In this document: positions 62,852 to 64,000 of the stretch, piece after piece
Numbering within the stretch: position 1 is the first letter of the stretch
Layout: each line of letters opens with the position of its first letter
Program-made: the position numbers and the translations under genes
The notes under the pieces: generated by a model
The model's database searches: none
The model's input: the letters and a program-made list of their open reading frames with translations, nothing else
Told to the model about the DNA's origin: nothing
From: Octopus vulgaris
Lineage: Eukaryota
Reading direction: 5' to 3'
Assembly (NCBI GenBank): GCA_951406725.2
Contig: OX597840.1
Location: 23,870,001 to 23,934,000 of the forward strand
DNA length: 64,000 nt

Positions 62852-63349
62852 TATGTACTTCAAAAACAATGACAATTCTCCAGAATTTTCAAAATTAAAT
62901 GAAAAGAAAGCAACGTATTTCTGGAGAAATATAGTAACAAAAAATGCTAAAGAAATTTGATCAATGATAGAAGTGGAGTCTTATGTTTTGCCAATATTAA
63001 TTCTGACAGAAACTAATGATATTCATATTTCTACATCTGATATCATTCTTCCTGTTTCTTCAAGATCATGTTTCACCACTTCATTCTATATTCTCCTGGG
63101 TCTGCCTCTTCCACACATTTCCTCCTTCTTTACACAGCTGTCCTCTTCCATATGCATCACATGACTATACCAGTGCAGTCGTCTCTCTCTTGCATACAAG
63201 TGTTATTTCCAATTTGCTTCTATCTAGAAGTCAAAGGAAGAGACTTCTATTCCCTTCAAACTTTGCTTTTGTCACCTGGACATCAAAGTTTTGAAACTGG
63301 TCTATTTTCCATTACAATTTTGACAGATTCAGCACTGAGTTGCTGCAGC

Positions 63350-63945
63350 AGAAATACCTATTTCTTTACTACCCACAAGGGGCTAAACACAGAGAGGACA
63401 AACAGGGACAGACAAACGGATTAAGTCGATTATATAGACCCCAGTGTGTAACTGGTACTTATTTAATCGACCCCGAAAGGATGAAAGGCAAAGTCGACTT
63501 TGGCGGAATTTGAACTCAGAACGTAACGGCAGAGGAAATACCTATTTCTTTATTACCCACAAGGGGCTAAACATAGAGGGGACAAACAAGGACAGACATA
63601 GGTATTAAGTCAATTACATTGACCCCAGTATGGTACTTAATTTATCGACCCCGAAAGGATGAAAGGCAAAGTCGACCTTGTCGGAATTTGAACTCAGAAC
63701 GTAACGGCAGAGGAAATACCTATTTCTTTATTACCCACAAGGGGCTAAACATAGAGGGGACAAACAAGGACAGACATAGGTATTAAGTCAATTACATCGA
63801 CCCCAGTATGGTACTTAATTTATCAACCCCGAAAGGATGAAAGGCAAAGTTGACCTTGGCGGAATTTGAACTCAGAATGTAGTGGCAGACAAAATACCGC
63901 TAAGCATTTCGCCCGGCATGCTAACATTTCTACCAGTTCACCACC
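63350..63945 (-). mobile_element. SINE family B tandem trimer (~180-bp period)
   Basis: AGAAATACCTATTTCTTTA...CCCACAAGGGGCTAAAC...GGAATTTGAACTCAGAA repeated three times; the tRNA head appears only once, at ~63900-63945. Confidence 0.85.
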
Positions 63946-64000
63946 TTAGTTCTGCATCAGAAATATCGTCATAGCAAGTATTCTGCTCAATACCACAGAT

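Overview
Eukaryotic, repeat-rich animal DNA. The SINE families and the clustered C2H2 zinc-finger (ZNF) genes with single coding exons point to a coleoid cephalopod, probably Octopus (inference). From 1 to 11.3 kb there are two head-to-tail Helitron-like elements, associated with a 29-bp AT-rich satellite and a 70-bp GC-rich palindromic satellite, followed by probably noisy low-complexity sequence. From 12.9 to 16 kb are Tc1/mariner relics, then a 100-N gap at 16932-17031. From 17 to 49 kb is a tandem segmental duplication (unit about 13-14.4 kb), each unit with a + strand poly-ZNF gene (partial, 21 and 24 fingers), Tc1 relics, SINEs and MITEs; two units also carry a minus-strand ZNF pseudogene. 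Insertions that differ between the paralogues include a twin-primed RTE LINE, a Helitron, a SINE and a 445-bp hammerhead-ribozyme element. At 50.5-57.1 kb is a giant 79-finger reading frame with 68 near-identical 84-bp fingers, interrupted by two in-frame stops. Seven or more minimal type-I hammerhead ribozyme motifs with palindromic stem III are scattered through the cluster, two of them sense-oriented in a putative ZNF 5'UTR intron. All calls were made by eye, so TE boundaries are approximate unless TSDs or termini are quoted.
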